DNA of 63,867 bases, the filler included, from Squatina squatina (taxonomy: Eukaryota), in the NCBI GenBank assembly GCA_031763465.1. It is 4 parts of 4 records of this genome, joined end to end, with 100 filler letters (N's around TTAATTAATTAA, not from the genome) between each part and the next. Parts side by side here need not be neighbours in the genome. Positions count along the whole stretch, not along the records: positions 51,142 to 63,867 come from JARFOE010000168.1; 3 more parts are not named here. One strand, given 5' to 3'. This document shows positions 62,156-63,867 of this stretch, piece after piece. The notes below the pieces were generated by a model that did no database searches, had not been told where the DNA came from, and was given only the letters and a program-made list of their open reading frames with translations. Every line of letters begins with the position of its first letter. Positions within the stretch are counted from its first letter, which is position 1. Made by a program: the position numbers and the translations under genes.

Positions 62156-62659
62156 ACTGTGAGAGCTCATTCACTTCAGATCCTCGTGATTATCTCACAA
62201 AGTGCATGTAGCCGCAGGCCACTGATTTCTGTGATTAAATTTGTGTGGAATGCGCAGGAATACAGTGCAATTGCGTGTTCCTCTGCTCAGTAACTTTTAA
62301 TAACTGTTATCCATCCCTCACTAGGACCGTCCTGAGGACATAATGAGGCACTACATAAAATGCAGGTTCTTCCATTATTTATTACTAAGAGCTGTGTGAG
62401 AACAGCGTACTTGACTCGCTTTCACGCCCCTCAGGAAGTGGCTCATATCCCCTCAGTGCCTCCACTACAGCTCAACTGAAATTGGGATCTCTGCAGCAGG
62501 GACTCCCAGAGGAGTTCTTGCTCTCTGCTGTGGTCCGCCAGTGTGCCAATGTCTGTCCCCACTTACACAGGCTTTTAACTTAAAGATAATGCAGCCTCCA
62601 TTAAAATTCCAGTGCAACTACTGCTCATTTCTAACCAATCCTAATTGATGATTGCAGAA

Positions 62660-62826
62660 ATATATTCAAGACAGAGATCGATAAATTTTTGGATGTTAAG
62701 GGAATATGGGGATAGCGTGGGAAGGTGGAGTTGAGGTACAAGATCAGCCGTGATCTTGTTGAATGGCGGAGCAGGCTCGAAGGGCCGAATGGCCTACTCC
62801 AGCTCTTATTTCTTATGTTCTTATGT
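62660..62826 (+). mobile_element. CR1 (HER1-like) LINE 3' end
   Basis: FKTEIDKFL coding remnant, then AGATCAGCCGTGATCTTGTTGAATGGCGGAGCAGGCTCGAAGGGCCGAATGGCCTACTCC...TTCTTATGTTCTTATG. Confidence 0.92.
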
Positions 62827-63699
62827 TGTTATAAACAGCGCCNNNNNNNNNNNNNNNNNNNNNNNNNNNNNNNNNNNNNNNNNNNNNNNNNNNNNNNNNN
62901 NNNNNNNNNNNNNNNNNNNNNNNNNNNNNNNNNNNNNNNNNNGATGATTGTGCATTATCACAACGATGCACTGGGATCACTGGAGAAATCTGCAAGAGTT
63001 GAATAACTCGCATCCAAGCACTGCACACGCAAATTCCTACTAGTCTCAGAGCAGTCCCATGCAGTATAACTGCAGCCAATGAAATATGGAGGTGCTGAAA
63101 GAACAACAGTGAGAAGCTACTATTTAAAAAAAAATTCTAAATAAATGCAAATATATTGTGTTATTTATTCAGCGTGTGACTGCCGGTTATGCAATTGCCA
63201 TTGTCCATATGTTGTGCCGAGGGTTATCTCTCTGGCCTGAGCAGGTGCCAGGGTGCTTTTGGAGGGATTTGAATATATTTCGAGGCTATTTAAATATCGC
63301 CCAATGGCCAGGCTGAGGGGGCGGATCCCTTGCACAGTGAAGTTGGAGCGAGTTAAAATGATCATCATGTTGGAATCAGGCAGGTTGCAAACTGAGAGGC
63401 AAAATAAGCAGCTTGGAGCAGAGAGATGGGGGAAGCGTTAGATCAAAACCTCTGCACATCCCTTCAGAAACACAAATGAGGGGTGGCAAAGAAGGAGCTG
63501 ATGACTTGGAGATATTTTGGAGGGCTTGAAAGGTCCCAATGCATGGGATAAGACTGAGACCACAAGTTTTTGAATGATTATTTTTTTTTGAACAATTTAC
63601 AAAGCATGTTTCCAAAGTTGGGCCCCGTTTTTCTGAGCAGGAAGCCGACCCATGGGATGTTGTAGCTGGAGTGCCTGGTTTCACCTCGGCTTTTTGAAC

Positions 63700-63867
63700 G
63701 CTATGTCGAAGCTGTCCCTCTTCCTTACCATGATCATAGTCCTCACCTATTTTGTAGGGAATTCCACAGCCTCACAACCCTCTGTTAAAAACTTTCTCCT
63801 GTCTGTCCATAATCTCTAACATGTAATCTTATATCTATGTCCCTTCATTCTAGACTCATCAATCACT
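63700..63867 (-). mobile_element. CR1 ORF2 C-terminal fragment
   Basis: GAATTCCACAGCCTCACAACCCTCTG and TATGTCCCTTCATTCTAGA read QRVVRLWNSL and a degenerate SR.GH motif on the reverse strand. Confidence 0.75.

Noticed and set aside
61425-62170. 152-196 aa His/Cys/Leu-rich ORFs
   Set aside because: Translations of the 34-bp minisatellite plus N gap, open in all three minus frames.

Overview
This is AT-rich, CpG-depleted eukaryotic DNA, not prokaryotic. The repeat content points to a cartilaginous fish, most likely a shark: HER1/HE1-type CR1 tails, Deu-domain SINEs with L2-type tails, a Penelope element and many Harbinger relics. The assembly is a fragmented draft with dozens of 10-N and 100-N gaps. 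Three artificial N44-TTAATTAATTAA-N44 linkers (14095-14194, 30794-30893, 51042-51141) mean contiguity across those points is not guaranteed. I recognise no host protein-coding gene, rRNA, tRNA or CRISPR array, and nearly all listed ORFs are chance frames, gap artefacts or transposon remnants. Well-supported content includes decayed PIF/Harbinger elements (both transposase and Myb/SANT partner gene) with their MITEs, two hAT-type MITEs with 8-bp target duplications, and CR1, L2, Penelope and Vingi-like fragments. There are also several SINE families, a probable solo LTR and two minisatellites, one apparently born inside a SINE. The unique sequence looks like a gene desert or very large intron, with enhancer-like blocks (including a perfect estrogen-response palindrome) and isolated strong splice signals that allow only speculative lncRNA or small-ORF models. 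I found no convincing new biological system. Family names come from my recall of consensus motifs, not database searches, and most repeat boundaries are approximate.
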